Source of the DNA: Candidatus Eiseniibacteriota bacterium
GTDB lineage: Bacteria > Eisenbacteria > RBG-16-71-46 > CAIMUX01 > VGJL01
Length of the DNA: 64,000 nucleotides
Assembly: GCA_041946735.1 (NCBI GenBank)
Contig: JBHGAY010000014.1
Location: 1-64,000 of the forward strand
Reading direction: 5' to 3'
Shown here one piece after another: positions 13,189 to 23,130 of the stretch. Position 1 is the first letter of the stretch. Each line of letters opens with the position of its first letter. The translations under genes and the position numbers were made by a program. The notes under the pieces are model-generated. The model had not been told where the DNA came from. It made no database searches and worked only from the letters and a program-made list of their open reading frames with translations.

Positions 13189-14139
13189 ATGATGGCGCCG
13201 CAACACCCTTGGCCGGCCCGGAGGACAAGCCTCTTCCGGGCCGGTTCGCTTCGCGTGGAGATGGGACGGACGACGCGCGTCATGGCGATCGTCAACTGCA
13301 CGCCCGACTCGTTCTCCGACGGTGGCGCCCTCGCCTCGCCGCTCGCCATCGAACGCCGGATCGCCGAAGCGCTGGAGGACGGCGCGGACTTTCTCGACAT
13401 CGGAGGCGAGAGCACGCGGCCGGGCGCGCCGCCGGTTCCCGCCGAGGAGGAGTGGGCGCGTGTCGCGCCTGCGTTCGAGGCGGCCCGGCGCCTCGACTGC
13501 GGCATCCCGATCAGCATCGACACGACGAAGCTCGAGGTCGCCAGGCGCGCGCTCGACGCCGGGGCGACGATCGTCAACGATGTCTCCGCCCTTCGGTTCT
13601 CCCCGGGGATCGCCGCGCTCTGCGCGAAGACCGGCGCCGGGCTGGTGCTGATGCACATGCGAGGCGATCCTCGCACCATGCAGGACGATCCGCGCTACGA
13701 CGACGTCGTCGCCGAGGTGCGCGAGGCGCTCGCGGCAACGGTAGCGACCGCGCGCGCCGCCGGAGTGGCGAGCGATCGCATCCTGGTCGATCCGGGGATC
13801 GGGTTCGGCAAGACGGTCGAGCACAACCTCGAGCTGATCCGCCATGCCGCCGCCCTAGACGGGCTCGGGGCGGGAATCCTGATCGGGTCCTCCCGCAAAG
13901 GATTCATCGGCAAGCTGCTCGACCTCCCGGTCGGAGAGAGGCTGGAAGGATCGCTCGCCACGTTCGTGTGCGCCGTCTTGGCCGGAGCGCACGCGGTTCG
14001 CGTGCACGACGTCCGGGCGGCGGCGAGGGCGGTGCGGATCGCAGATGCCGTCCGTGGGGACGCGGCCCACGGAGACGATGCGGGCGGCACGCGCGAGGAA
14101 GGAGACACGGGCGAGGAGGGCGGCGAGAGCGGAAGCTGA
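13189..14139 (+). CDS. folP: Dihydropteroate synthase (alternative start 13261)
   Basis: MAIVNCTPDSFSDGG, DIGGESTRPG, DPGIGFGK, SRKGFIG and RVHDV. Confidence 0.97.
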   Translation: MMAPQHPWPARRTSLFRAGSLRVEMGRTTRVMAIVNCTPDSFSDGGALASPLAIERRIAEALEDGADFLDIGGESTRPGAPPVPAEEEWARVAPAFEAARRLDCGIPISIDTTKLEVARRALDAGATIVNDVSALRFSPGIAALCAKTGAGLVLMHMRGDPRTMQDDPRYDDVVAEVREALAATVATARAAGVASDRILVDPGIGFGKTVEHNLELIRHAAALDGLGAGILIGSSRKGFIGKLLDLPVGERLEGSLATFVCAVLAGAHAVRVHDVRAAARAVRIADAVRGDAAHGDDAGGTREEGDTGEEGGESGS

Positions 14140-14162
14140 CCCGCTGGGCTACCTCTTCTGCT

Positions 14163-14290
14163 GTCCCTTCGTCCGTCCCTTCGTCCGTCCCTCCCTCCCT
14201 CCCTTCATCCCTCCCTACGTCGCTCCCTTCGTCCGATCCTCCGTCCACTCCTCCGTCCGTCCCCGCGCCGGTTCCTCCGCCGGTCCCTCC
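14163..14290. repeat. Pyrimidine-rich degenerate 12-bp tandem repeat (CCCTTCGTCCGT-like)
   Basis: Visible in the folP-cdaA intergenic region. Confidence 0.6.
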
Positions 14291-14297
14291 CGGCGTC

Positions 14298-14326
14298 TTG
14301 GCCTGCCTTGCTCGATCGGATACGAT
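14298..14326 (+). promoter_or_regulatory. Putative sigma70 promoter (TTGGCC-N17-TACGAT) for cdaA
   Basis: 17-nt spacing, upstream of a GAGGAGG RBS. Confidence 0.4.
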
Positions 14327-14368
14327 CGCCACGAACCTGCGCTACGGGAACGAGAGGAGGATCGTGGG

Positions 14369-15175
14369 GTGGCCAGCCCTCTACGCCTCGTGCTGGACGT
14401 CTTCGACGTTCTCATCGTCGCATTCCTCTTCTACCGCGTGCTCGTGCTCGTCCGCGGCACGCGCGCCGCGCAGATGTTCCTCGGCCTGGCCCTCCTCGCG
14501 ATCCTCTCCGTCGCCGCCGAATGGCTCCAGCTCTCCTCGCTCGACTGGCTGCTTGGCAGCTTGAAGACCGTCTGGGTGATCGCGTTCCTGATCCTCTTCC
14601 AGCCGGAGCTTCGAAAGGGACTGACACAGCTCGGCCAGAGCCGGCTCTTCAAGCAGTTCCTGCAGGTGGGGGACGGCGCGAGCCTCGGGGAGATCCAGAA
14701 GGCGCTCGAATCGATGTCGCGCAAGGGGCTCGGGGCGATCATCGTGCTGGAGCGCAACGTCGGCCTCCGCTCCTACGTGGAGACCGGCACTCCGGTCGAG
14801 GCGGTCGTGACGGCGGAGCTGATCGAGACGATCTTCACGCCTCCCTCGCCGCTCCATGACGGGGCGATGATCCTGCGAGGCAACCAGATCGTCGCGGCCG
14901 GATGCATCCTGCCGCTGTCGCAGAACCCTTCGCTCGACCGCAGCCTCGGGACGCGGCACCGCGCGATCGTCGGCCTGTCGGAGGAGACCGACGCGGTCGC
15001 CATCGCCGTGAGCGAGGAGACGCACCGGATCTCGGTCGCGGAACGCGGCGCGCTCCGGCAGCTCGCCAACGCGGCGGAGCTGCGCAGCTATCTGGGTGGG
15101 CTGCTCAAAGGAGGGGCGGGAGTAGGCACCGGAACGGGCTCGGACGACACGCACGCGAGCGCCGCGATGCTCTGA
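14369..15175 (+). CDS. cdaA: Diadenylate cyclase CdaA/DacA
   Basis: Three N-terminal TM helices, ILFQPELR, catalytic SPLHDGA and LGTRHRA, and AVSEET. GTG start after GAGGAGG. Confidence 0.95.
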   Translation: MASPLRLVLDVFDVLIVAFLFYRVLVLVRGTRAAQMFLGLALLAILSVAAEWLQLSSLDWLLGSLKTVWVIAFLILFQPELRKGLTQLGQSRLFKQFLQVGDGASLGEIQKALESMSRKGLGAIIVLERNVGLRSYVETGTPVEAVVTAELIETIFTPPSPLHDGAMILRGNQIVAAGCILPLSQNPSLDRSLGTRHRAIVGLSEETDAVAIAVSEETHRISVAERGALRQLANAAELRSYLGGLLKGGAGVGTGTGSDDTHASAAML

Positions 15176-15199
15176 CGCCGGTCATCCGCGCAGCCGTCG

Positions 15200-16144
15200 C
15201 TAGAACTCCTCGATCCGGGTGACGACGATCCCCTTGAACAGCCCGACCTCGTCGAGATAGCTGCGCAACGGGATGCGCTCGATCTTCCCCCCCTCGTAGT
15301 GGCCGGCCAGCCCCTTGGCCGCCGCATGGATCAGGTAGACATCGTCCCCCTGCCGGTCGATGACCCCGAGGTGGCGAATGACCGTCCCCTTCGCCCGCTC
15401 CTCCTTCCCCTTCGGGTGGTTCTCGTCGAGCAGGAAGAAGACCTGATCCCCTGGACGGAAGGCGGCGTAGTCGATTCGCCCCTTCGGAACGAACCGGAGA
15501 TCGCCGGCCGGGAGACGGCCGTTGCCGGGATCGGCTTCGGTCCCGCCGAAGTCGGCGGTGACGTCCTTCCCCCAGATTCCGCTCTTCACGATCTCCTCGG
15601 AGTACTCGAGGTGGGCGGGATGCTCGTAGTCGACCCTCCCGTCCGGACGGATCGCCTCCTCGACCGCCGCTCCATAGAAGCGGGTGCCGAAGGCGAACTG
15701 GACCGCTTCGCGCGCGGTCGTCGAGCGGCCCAACTCGGTGGTCCGGTAGAGGAAGAGCACGCAGTCGAAGTGGAAATCGTCGACGAGCCGCCCTTCGGCG
15801 ACGTACCCGCCTGGATCGAGCCCGAAGAGGTAGGTCGACTTGCCTTCCTGTTGGAAGAAGCGCGCCCAGGCCGCGATGCGGTCGCCGAGCGAAAGGCCGT
15901 CGAGAGTGGCCATGACCGAGTCGATCCGGGCGCTCGGGAGGGTGTAGGGCTTGTCGAGATTGTAGGAGACCATCGTCTCGAACCGGGACAGAAGGGCCTC
16001 GCCCGAGGCGTCCTCCCCCCACGCCGGCCGGATCATCGCGCACCCCCCGAGGAGAAAACCCGCCGCCATCGCCAGCGCGCCAAGCCGCCGGGCGGTGCGA
16101 GGCGGACGGGCGAATCCCGCGCATCTGTCGTTTCTGCCTGCCAC
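15200..16144 (-). CDS. DUF1460 / N-acetylmuramoyl-L-alanine amidase-like (NlpC/P60 superfamily) lipoprotein
   Basis: Lipobox LLGGC, FDCVLF (catalytic Cys), HLGVI and LIHAA. Confidence 0.7.
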   Translation of the reverse strand: MAGRNDRCAGFARPPRTARRLGALAMAAGFLLGGCAMIRPAWGEDASGEALLSRFETMVSYNLDKPYTLPSARIDSVMATLDGLSLGDRIAAWARFFQQEGKSTYLFGLDPGGYVAEGRLVDDFHFDCVLFLYRTTELGRSTTAREAVQFAFGTRFYGAAVEEAIRPDGRVDYEHPAHLEYSEEIVKSGIWGKDVTADFGGTEADPGNGRLPAGDLRFVPKGRIDYAAFRPGDQVFFLLDENHPKGKEERAKGTVIRHLGVIDRQGDDVYLIHAAAKGLAGHYEGGKIERIPLRSYLDEVGLFKGIVVTRIEEF

Positions 16145-16463
16145 AGCGATGGATAGTACGGGATTTCACGCGGGGATCGTCAAGACGCATGCATCGAATC
16201 GAAGTGGGCTCGGCGGGACCGCCCAGCCGGCGCCTCGCGCCCGCAAGACACCGGCTCCCCCCGGAGCGAGGAGCGGCCAAGCCTCCGATCGGCCTCTCCC
16301 GCGAGCGGTCCCGGCCTCGCCCGCGCATGCGAAGAGCAGGAATGCGGCCAACGCAGGAGTCTGCGAGCGAGGAGGGGCGTAGGCGCGATACGCGGGGCGG
16401 TTACGTCAGCGAGAGCGAGCAAGGGCGGCGCGTGAAACGCGACCGATCCGAGGGTAGGCGACA

Positions 16464-16493
16464 CGAGCCGGCGACACGAGTGTCGCCGGCTCG
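16464..16493. terminator. Perfect 13-bp GC hairpin downstream of the DUF72 gene
   Basis: CGAGCCGGCGACA-CGAG-TGTCGCCGGCTCG. No clear U-tract. Confidence 0.45.
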
Positions 16494-16590
16494 CGCCGGT
16501 TTGCGCCGGTTCGTGCCGCCGCGGTTCGCGCCCGTTCGCGCCGGTTCGTGATCCGTGCGCGCGTGAAGTATCGCGGAGTCGCGCGGCCGC

Positions 16591-17382
16591 TCAGTCGTGA
16601 AGCGGCAGGCCGAGAAGCTCCGACATCCGCATGGCGTTGCGGGCGGCCCGTCCCGCATGACAGTTGTTGAAGAAGAGGTAGGTATCGGTAGTGCGCGAGC
16701 TGAAATCGCGGACGCGCTCCACCCATTCGAGCAGCTCCTTGTCGGGATAGTCGTAGTCGTAGCGGTCGGGGCGTCCCGCCCCCCTCTCCTTCGACCACCA
16801 GGTCTGCGCGTTGCGGCCGTGGAAGCGAACGTACCCGGTGCCGTCGGTCTCCTCGAGGATCCGCGGGAACAGGCCGGGAAGTCCGGGCTCGTCGACCGAG
16901 ACGAAGCCGAGCCCAAGCCCGCGCAGCCGCGCGAAGGTCTCGCGCGTGGCCCAGGAGGAGTGGCGGAATTCGATGTAGACCGGCAGGTCCGCAAACCCGG
17001 CACGAATCGCCTCGAGGTGCTCCCAGCTCGCGGGCGACGGCCGGAAGGCCCAAGGGAACTGCCCCAGGAGGCCGTGGAGCTTCTCCGTCTCGAGCAGGGG
17101 CTCGATCGAGTCGAGGAACGACTGGAAGGCTAGGGGCGTGTGCACGCCGCCGTGGGTGACGTCCTTGTGCATCTTGACGAAGAAGCGGAAGCCGGCAGGT
17201 GTCTTGCGCTCGATGTTGCGGATCACGACCGGATGCGGGAGCCGGTAGTAGGTCGAGTTGATCTCGACGCAGGAGAAGTGCTGGACGTAGTAGTCGAGCC
17301 GCTTGCCGCGCGCGAGTCCCGGCGGATAGAAGACGCCCCCCCAGTCCTCGAAGGAGTAGCCCGAGGTCCCGATCCAGATCAT
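16591..17382 (-). CDS. DUF72 family protein (YecE-like)
   Basis: MIWIGTSGYSFEDWGGVFYP, VEINSTYY, EFRHSSW, YVRFHGRN, YDYDY and FFNNCH. Confidence 0.93.
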   Translation of the reverse strand: MIWIGTSGYSFEDWGGVFYPPGLARGKRLDYYVQHFSCVEINSTYYRLPHPVVIRNIERKTPAGFRFFVKMHKDVTHGGVHTPLAFQSFLDSIEPLLETEKLHGLLGQFPWAFRPSPASWEHLEAIRAGFADLPVYIEFRHSSWATRETFARLRGLGLGFVSVDEPGLPGLFPRILEETDGTGYVRFHGRNAQTWWSKERGAGRPDRYDYDYPDKELLEWVERVRDFSSRTTDTYLFFNNCHAGRAARNAMRMSELLGLPLHD

Positions 17383-18713
17383 CGCGTTCCCTCGCCCGGC
17401 TGCGGGTGGCGGCGAGCCGAGGCCGCTTCGGAGCCGCTGCCCTGGCGCGCCTGACTCCCCCGCCGGGCAGGCGACCGCGACTCGGCGAGCAGGCTCGCGC
17501 GACGGATCGATCCGCGTCCGAAACTCCCGCGGATGCGGTCCGCGGCAGACTCGAGCGCGCTCTCCTTGCCTTCGTCGAACAACTCCTGCTGCTCGGAGGA
17601 CCGGACCTCCCCCAGGTCGAGCCCGGACCTTTGGAGATCGGAGACCGAGAGGCCGAGCAGGCGGACCGGCTCCCCGGTGTCGATCGCCTCGAGCAACGCG
17701 CAGGAGACGCGATAGAGGTCGCGCGTCGCGTCGGTGGGACGGGCGAGCTTCGTCTGCCGGCCGATCGTGCGGAAGTCGGACCATCGAAGCTTCAGGTGCA
17801 CGGTCCCTCCACGCCATCCTTCGGAGCGGAGATCGAAGCCGACCTCCTCGCTCAAGCCCAGCAGGAGCCGGCGGAGCTGCCGGCGATCGCGCTCGTCCTT
17901 CGGCAGAGTGTACTCGTGCCCCAACGACTTGGCTTCCGGCGTCGCGTGATGCGGGACGACAGGACTGTCGTCCTCGCCCCGCGCGGCAGCGCGACGCACC
18001 GGACCCCAGACGCCGAACGCGGCGCGCAGCGCCCCCTCGGGAGCGCTCGCGAGCTGCGAGACGGTCGTGATGCCCATCCGGCGAAGCTTCCCTCCGGTCG
18101 CGCGGCCGACCCCGTAGAGAGCCTCGACCGGCTCGGGGCCGAGCCGGCTCCGGAATCCCTCGATGTCGAGGACCGTCCGGCCCCGCGGCTTTCGCAAACC
18201 GGAGGCTGTCTTCGCGAGCAGCTTGTTCGGCCCGATCCCGATGCTGCACGTCAGGCGGAGGCGCGAATGGATCTCGTTTTGGATCGATGCGGCGAGCGCC
18301 TCCCCTTCCGCGAGGCCGCCACGCCCGACGATCCCGCTCGCATCGAGAAAGGCCTCGTCGATGCTCGCCATCTCGACCAACGGGGTCCTCCGTAGGAGGA
18401 GGGCGAGGATCCTCGCGGAGTGGTCGAAGTAGCGGGAGGAATGACAGGGTACGAAGACGGCGACAGGACAGAGCCTGGCCGCTTCGGAGAGCGGTATTCC
18501 GGAGCGGACACCCCAGGCCCGCGCCTCGTAGGAGGCGGTCGCCACGACGCCCCGTTGCCCCGGCGAGCCTCCGACCACGATCGGCTTCCCGCGGAGGAAG
18601 GGGTAGGCGAGGGTCTCGACCTGGGCGAAGAAGGCATCCATGTCCACGTGCAGGATCGTTCGCGAGGGAGCGCCCCCGACCGGGAGCGCGGAGTCCGATT
18701 TCGAGGAGAGCAT
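17379..18713 (-). CDS. dinB: DNA polymerase IV (Y-family)
   Basis: ILHVDMDAFFAQVE, ASYEARAWGV, SIDEAFLD and GIGPNKLLAK. Confidence 0.95.
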   Translation of the reverse strand: MLSSKSDSALPVGGAPSRTILHVDMDAFFAQVETLAYPFLRGKPIVVGGSPGQRGVVATASYEARAWGVRSGIPLSEAARLCPVAVFVPCHSSRYFDHSARILALLLRRTPLVEMASIDEAFLDASGIVGRGGLAEGEALAASIQNEIHSRLRLTCSIGIGPNKLLAKTASGLRKPRGRTVLDIEGFRSRLGPEPVEALYGVGRATGGKLRRMGITTVSQLASAPEGALRAAFGVWGPVRRAAARGEDDSPVVPHHATPEAKSLGHEYTLPKDERDRRQLRRLLLGLSEEVGFDLRSEGWRGGTVHLKLRWSDFRTIGRQTKLARPTDATRDLYRVSCALLEAIDTGEPVRLLGLSVSDLQRSGLDLGEVRSSEQQELFDEGKESALESAADRIRGSFGRGSIRRASLLAESRSPARRGSQARQGSGSEAASARRHPQPGEGTR

Positions 18714-18871
18714 GGGCGAATCCCTCCTTGGCACTCCCCGAAGATACCAGATGTTCGTTCGGTCAAGAAGGCCCGCTTCGGGAGGTCGCATCGACCCGAA
18801 GGGGGCGGGAAAGGGGCGCGAAGGGAGGCGGGAAAGTGGCGCGAAGGAGGCGCGAACGAGGCGCCGAGGAT

Positions 18872-20191
18872 CTACGGACCGCCGAACAGCTTGGGAAGGA
18901 AAAGCGACAGATCCGGCCAATAGGTGATGACGAGCAGCGCGATGCCGAGGACCACGAGGAACGGCACCGTGGCGCGATACACCTCCGTCACCGGGCGCCC
19001 GAACCGGAACGACGAGATGAAGAGGTTCAGGCCGAACGGCGGCATCAGATACCCGATCTCGAGGTTGGTCAGGAAGATGATCCCGAGGTGGACCAGGTTC
19101 ACGTCGTACTCGAGCGCGATCGGCACGATCAGCGGCACGACGATCATCGCGGAGAAGATCTCCATCAGCGACCCGACGATCAGCAGCAGCACGTTGAGGG
19201 CGAGCAGGAACGCGATCTTCGAGGTGATGAATCCGCGGACCCAGTCGAGGATCCGCATCGGTACCTCGGCGTCGATCAGGAAGTTCGTGAGCCCCAGCGC
19301 CGAGCCGAGGATCAGCAGGATGCCGCCCACGAGCGTCATGCTCTCGATGACGATCGCCGGGACCTTCCGCCACGGGATGTCGCGGTAGGCGAAGACCTCG
19401 ATCAGCAAGGCGTAGAGCGCCGTCACGGTCGCCGCCTCGGTGACGGTCAGCTTGCCGCCGTAGATGCCTCCGAGCACGAGGATCGGCAGCGGGATCTCCC
19501 AGGCCGCCCCCTTCACCGCCGGCCACAGATCCCGCAGCCCTTCGCGGATCGGCACGCGCCGCACCGGCGCGCTTCCCTTCCCCTGGCGGAAGGCGAGGAC
19601 CGACAGTGCGAGGATCAGGAAAATCCCGGGGAGCAGTCCGGCGAGAAAGAGGCGGTTGATCTCCGGGGCCGTTCCTTCCGGGACGGCCAGACCGCTCGCC
19701 GCCTGCGAAGCGACGTAGCTGTAGAGGATCATCGGCAGGCTCGGCGGAAAGAGGAAGCCGAGGCTGCCGGAGGTCGTCATCAGTCCGAGCGAGTAGGAGC
19801 GGCTGAAGCCCTCCTTGAGGAGGGCGGGCATCAACAGTCCCCCCATCGCCACGATCGTGACACCGCTGCCGCCCGTGAAGGCGGTGAAGACCGCGCACGC
19901 CACCATCGCGACGAGCGCGAAGCTGCCCGGAATCCAGCCGAACATCGCGCTCGTGAGGCGCACGAGACGCTCCGGAGTCCGGCTCTCGGCGAGCAGGTAG
20001 CCGGCGAAAGTGAAGAGCGGAATCGAGACCAAGACCTGCGCGTGCGCGAGCCGAGTCATCTCCGCGATCACCGCGCTTCCGGAGATCCCCTGGAAGGTGA
20101 ACGCGACCAATGCGCCTGCGCCGAGCGCGATGAAGATCGGCAGGCCCAGGACCGCGAGCAGGACGATCAGCAGCCCGGCCAGCAGGCTCAT
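18872..20191 (-). CDS. dctM: TRAP transporter large permease DctM
   Basis: SIPLFTFAG, GSLGFLFPPS and NLEIGYLMPPFGLNLF. Confidence 0.93.
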   Translation of the reverse strand: MSLLAGLLIVLLAVLGLPIFIALGAGALVAFTFQGISGSAVIAEMTRLAHAQVLVSIPLFTFAGYLLAESRTPERLVRLTSAMFGWIPGSFALVAMVACAVFTAFTGGSGVTIVAMGGLLMPALLKEGFSRSYSLGLMTTSGSLGFLFPPSLPMILYSYVASQAASGLAVPEGTAPEINRLFLAGLLPGIFLILALSVLAFRQGKGSAPVRRVPIREGLRDLWPAVKGAAWEIPLPILVLGGIYGGKLTVTEAATVTALYALLIEVFAYRDIPWRKVPAIVIESMTLVGGILLILGSALGLTNFLIDAEVPMRILDWVRGFITSKIAFLLALNVLLLIVGSLMEIFSAMIVVPLIVPIALEYDVNLVHLGIIFLTNLEIGYLMPPFGLNLFISSFRFGRPVTEVYRATVPFLVVLGIALLVITYWPDLSLFLPKLFGGP

Positions 20192-20793
20192 GCGTGCGCC
20201 CCCTCGCCCGCCGGCGCCGGCCACAGCGCCTGCACGAGGAAGCGGTAGCAGAGGAGCGCGAAGCCCCAGAGCAAGATCGACTCCACCGCCCACGCGGGAA
20301 TCCCCAGGACCCCTTCGCTGCCGAACTGCGCTTCCTCCTTCAGGAAGGTTGCGGCCGCGCTGGCGAGCCACGCGCAGACGAGCGCGCTCGCGGCGGAGAG
20401 CACCCGGAGCAGCAGGCGGCGGCGCGCCTCGGGGATCAGGCGGAGGACGACGTCGACGTGCAGGTGGCGGGCGTGCGAAGTCGCCGCCATGGCGCCGAGG
20501 AACGCGAGCCAGAGGACCAGGATCCGCACGAGCGGGTCGATCCAGAGCAGCCCGACGTGGAAGAGGTTGCGAAGAACCACCTGCAACGAGGAAAGAAAGA
20601 TCATCACGACCAGGAAGAGCGTGAAGACCGTGCCCTCCACCCGATTCGTCCAGGTCTGCAGTCGCGCCGGGCCGATCCTCCGCAGGAGGGTCGCATGGAC
20701 GAGGAGCCCGAGAACGACGAGGACGGCGAGGAGCGCGAAGAAGGCTCCCCCGGACGGGAGCCATGTCAGCGCGGCCGGCGCCTCTTCGTTCAC
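20188..20793 (-). CDS. dctQ: TRAP transporter small permease DctQ
   Basis: QVVLRNLF...LWLAFLGAMAAT...HLHVDV. Coupled to dctP and dctM. Confidence 0.88.
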   Translation of the reverse strand: MNEEAPAALTWLPSGGAFFALLAVLVVLGLLVHATLLRRIGPARLQTWTNRVEGTVFTLFLVVMIFLSSLQVVLRNLFHVGLLWIDPLVRILVLWLAFLGAMAATSHARHLHVDVVLRLIPEARRRLLLRVLSAASALVCAWLASAAATFLKEEAQFGSEGVLGIPAWAVESILLWGFALLCYRFLVQALWPAPAGEGAHA

Positions 20794-21881
20794 GGCTTCC
20801 CCGCAGGATTGCCGGCCGATGCCCGATACTGCTCCACGGCGGCGAGCGCGCGATCCAAGATCTCCCGCGTGTAGAGCTTCCCGGCCAGCTCGTCGCGAAC
20901 CTGCTTGCCGATCGCGTTGAACGATCCCGCCTGCCCCGGCTCGAGACTCACGATCTGGATCCCCTTCTGCTTGAGGACGCCGATCGACTCGGCGTTCTCG
21001 CGGGCCGTCTCCTCGCGCAGCCGCGCGAACGCGTCGTTGGCGAGCGCGTGGACGGTCTGCTGCGCGGCGGGACTCAGCTGCTCGAACGCCTTGCGCGAGA
21101 CGACGACCGCGCCGGAGGCCTGCGTGACCGGCAGGTCGGTCATGTAGGAGATGCGCGTGTACCACTGCAGCGCGATGCAGGCGAGCGGCCCGTTGTAGAC
21201 CGCGTCGATCAGACCGGTCTGGAGAGAGGTCACCACGTCGGTGATCGGGAGCGGGACGGGCGAGACGCCGACCGTCTGGAGAAGCTTCTCCGCGATCGGG
21301 TCCCCCTCCCACAGCCACATCCGCATCTTCTTCAGGTCGTCGATCTGGTGGACCGGCTGCTTGGTGAAGAGATAGACCGGACCGACATCCGCCCAGCCGA
21401 GGATCTCCCAGCCGTCCTCGCGGAGCATCGGCTCGAACGTCGGATCGAGCGCGCGGTGCACGGCGGCGATCTCCGCCTCGTTTCGGAAGGTGAACGGGAC
21501 CTCGAGGACGCGGAGATTCGGCTCGATCTCGCCGAGGCCGACGCCGGTGAACCCTCCGCCCTGGAGCTGGCCGGCGCGGATCTTCCGCAGGACGACCAGT
21601 TCATCGCCCTGCACTCCTCCGGCGTAGAACTTCAGCCCCGCTTCCCCCTGGGTCTTCTCGCGGATCTGCTGGTCCAGCTCGTCCATGATGCGCATCCAGG
21701 TCGAGCCTTCCGGGGCGATCGTCGCGATCTTCAGCTCGACCTTCGCCTTCGGGCGAGCGGCGGACGAAGCGGGATCCGGCAGGACGATCGAGGCCACGCA
21801 AGCCATGGCGACGGCGGCGAGAATCGCCGCCGCGGCGGGGAGGACGGGGAGCCGCGATCCACGCGATCTAGAACAACTCAT
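20790..21881 (-). CDS. dctP: TRAP substrate-binding protein DctP/TatP
   Basis: LKIATIAPEGSTW, FYAGGVQGDE and SLQTGLIDAV. Confidence 0.92.
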   Translation of the reverse strand: MSCSRSRGSRLPVLPAAAAILAAVAMACVASIVLPDPASSAARPKAKVELKIATIAPEGSTWMRIMDELDQQIREKTQGEAGLKFYAGGVQGDELVVLRKIRAGQLQGGGFTGVGLGEIEPNLRVLEVPFTFRNEAEIAAVHRALDPTFEPMLREDGWEILGWADVGPVYLFTKQPVHQIDDLKKMRMWLWEGDPIAEKLLQTVGVSPVPLPITDVVTSLQTGLIDAVYNGPLACIALQWYTRISYMTDLPVTQASGAVVVSRKAFEQLSPAAQQTVHALANDAFARLREETARENAESIGVLKQKGIQIVSLEPGQAGSFNAIGKQVRDELAGKLYTREILDRALAAVEQYRASAGNPAGKP

Positions 21882-22746
21882 CTTTACGCTCCAGGAGCTG
21901 CGACGCCTTGCGCCGCGCCACCTCGTTCAGCAACCGATAGTCGGGAGCCAGATCCTCGGGGGCTTGGAGAACGCTCTCCAGCGACTGCGTGAAGCAGTCC
22001 TCGTCGAGCACCTGGCGACAGTAGTACTGCGCGTACAAAACCCGAAAGATCAGCAAGTGTCCCTCGGAGATCTCGAACGCCTCCTCGAAGTGGCGCTTGC
22101 CGGCCTCCGGGTCTCCGCCCATGAGCACAGGGGTGGAGGCCAGGAGCGTCCCGGCCATCACGTGCGGCATGCCGAGGAAGAAGCGGGGGTCGAGCTGGAG
22201 GACCCGGTCGAGCACAGCTCGGGCGTACGGAAGATCGGCGACGGCGGCGGGATCCTCCTTGCTCTGGTTGATCCAGGCGACCCAGTTCGCCGCCGTCCAG
22301 AACAGCAGCGGCACGTCGTCCTTGCCTGCCTTCCGCAGGCGCTTCTCGAACTCCGGGAACGGCTTTTGGGGATGGAACCAGCCGCGCCTCTCCAGAGTGC
22401 GGCGCCCCAGCGCGAGTCCTTGCGCGTAGAGCAGGCGCGCCTGGGCGGGGTCCTCGTCCTCCACGAAACCGATGCCGTAGTAGAAGTAGAGCTGAGCGGC
22501 GAGGGACCCGAGGTCGCGGTTGCCGGGCTCGCTCTCGGCGAGGCCACGGACGAGGAGGAGGTTGGCCGGAATCCCGGCGCGGACCGTCTCGACGTCCTGG
22601 TCCCGGTAGACCGCGTCGACCGTGGTCTCCAGGATCGGCTCCATGCTCGAGATCGCGACCTTCCTGCCGATCCCGCAGCCGCTCCCCTGCATGCCGAGCC
22701 ACAGCAAGAGCAAGAACATGACGAGTTTCGAGCGGTCGCGGTCCAT
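21868..22746 (-). CDS. TRAP transporter T-component (TatT, TPR-like lipoprotein)
   Basis: Lipobox GSGC, DVPLLFWTAANW and GGDPEAGKRHFEEA, immediately upstream of dctP. Confidence 0.85.
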   Translation of the reverse strand: MDRDRSKLVMFLLLLWLGMQGSGCGIGRKVAISSMEPILETTVDAVYRDQDVETVRAGIPANLLLVRGLAESEPGNRDLGSLAAQLYFYYGIGFVEDEDPAQARLLYAQGLALGRRTLERRGWFHPQKPFPEFEKRLRKAGKDDVPLLFWTAANWVAWINQSKEDPAAVADLPYARAVLDRVLQLDPRFFLGMPHVMAGTLLASTPVLMGGDPEAGKRHFEEAFEISEGHLLIFRVLYAQYYCRQVLDEDCFTQSLESVLQAPEDLAPDYRLLNEVARRKASQLLERKDELF

Positions 22747-23009
22747 GGGCCGGCATTGTACGGGAGGGGACGGGAAGGCGCCAGGGAGGGGCCGGCGAGT
22801 GCGCCCGGGCCGGCTTCGCCGCAGGCGCCGGCTTCGGCGCAGCGCGTAGGCTTCGGTGCAGGCGCCCAGCTTCGGCCCTCGTGACCGCGGTTCCAGGTCG
22901 GCGGCGGCCCGCCGGACCGCGCAATGTCGAGAACGATCACGCCCGCCCGGAACTTTTTGTGACACAGGCGGGTACCCGCCCGGGGTCGGAGACGGACCCG
23001 CCGCATCGC

Positions 23010-23038
23010 TTGACGCGCGCAAACCCGCTTCCTACATT
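23010..23038 (+). promoter_or_regulatory. Putative sigma70 promoter (TTGACG-N17-TACATT)
   Basis: Near-consensus hexamers upstream of the ABC operon. Confidence 0.6.
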
Positions 23039-23130
23039 GCAGTACCGTTGGCGCCGCCGCGCTCGGGCGCGCTGCCCGGGAGTGATGGCGATCCCGCCGG
23101 CCGGCCGGCCGGCCGCAACGGAGGTGAGGA

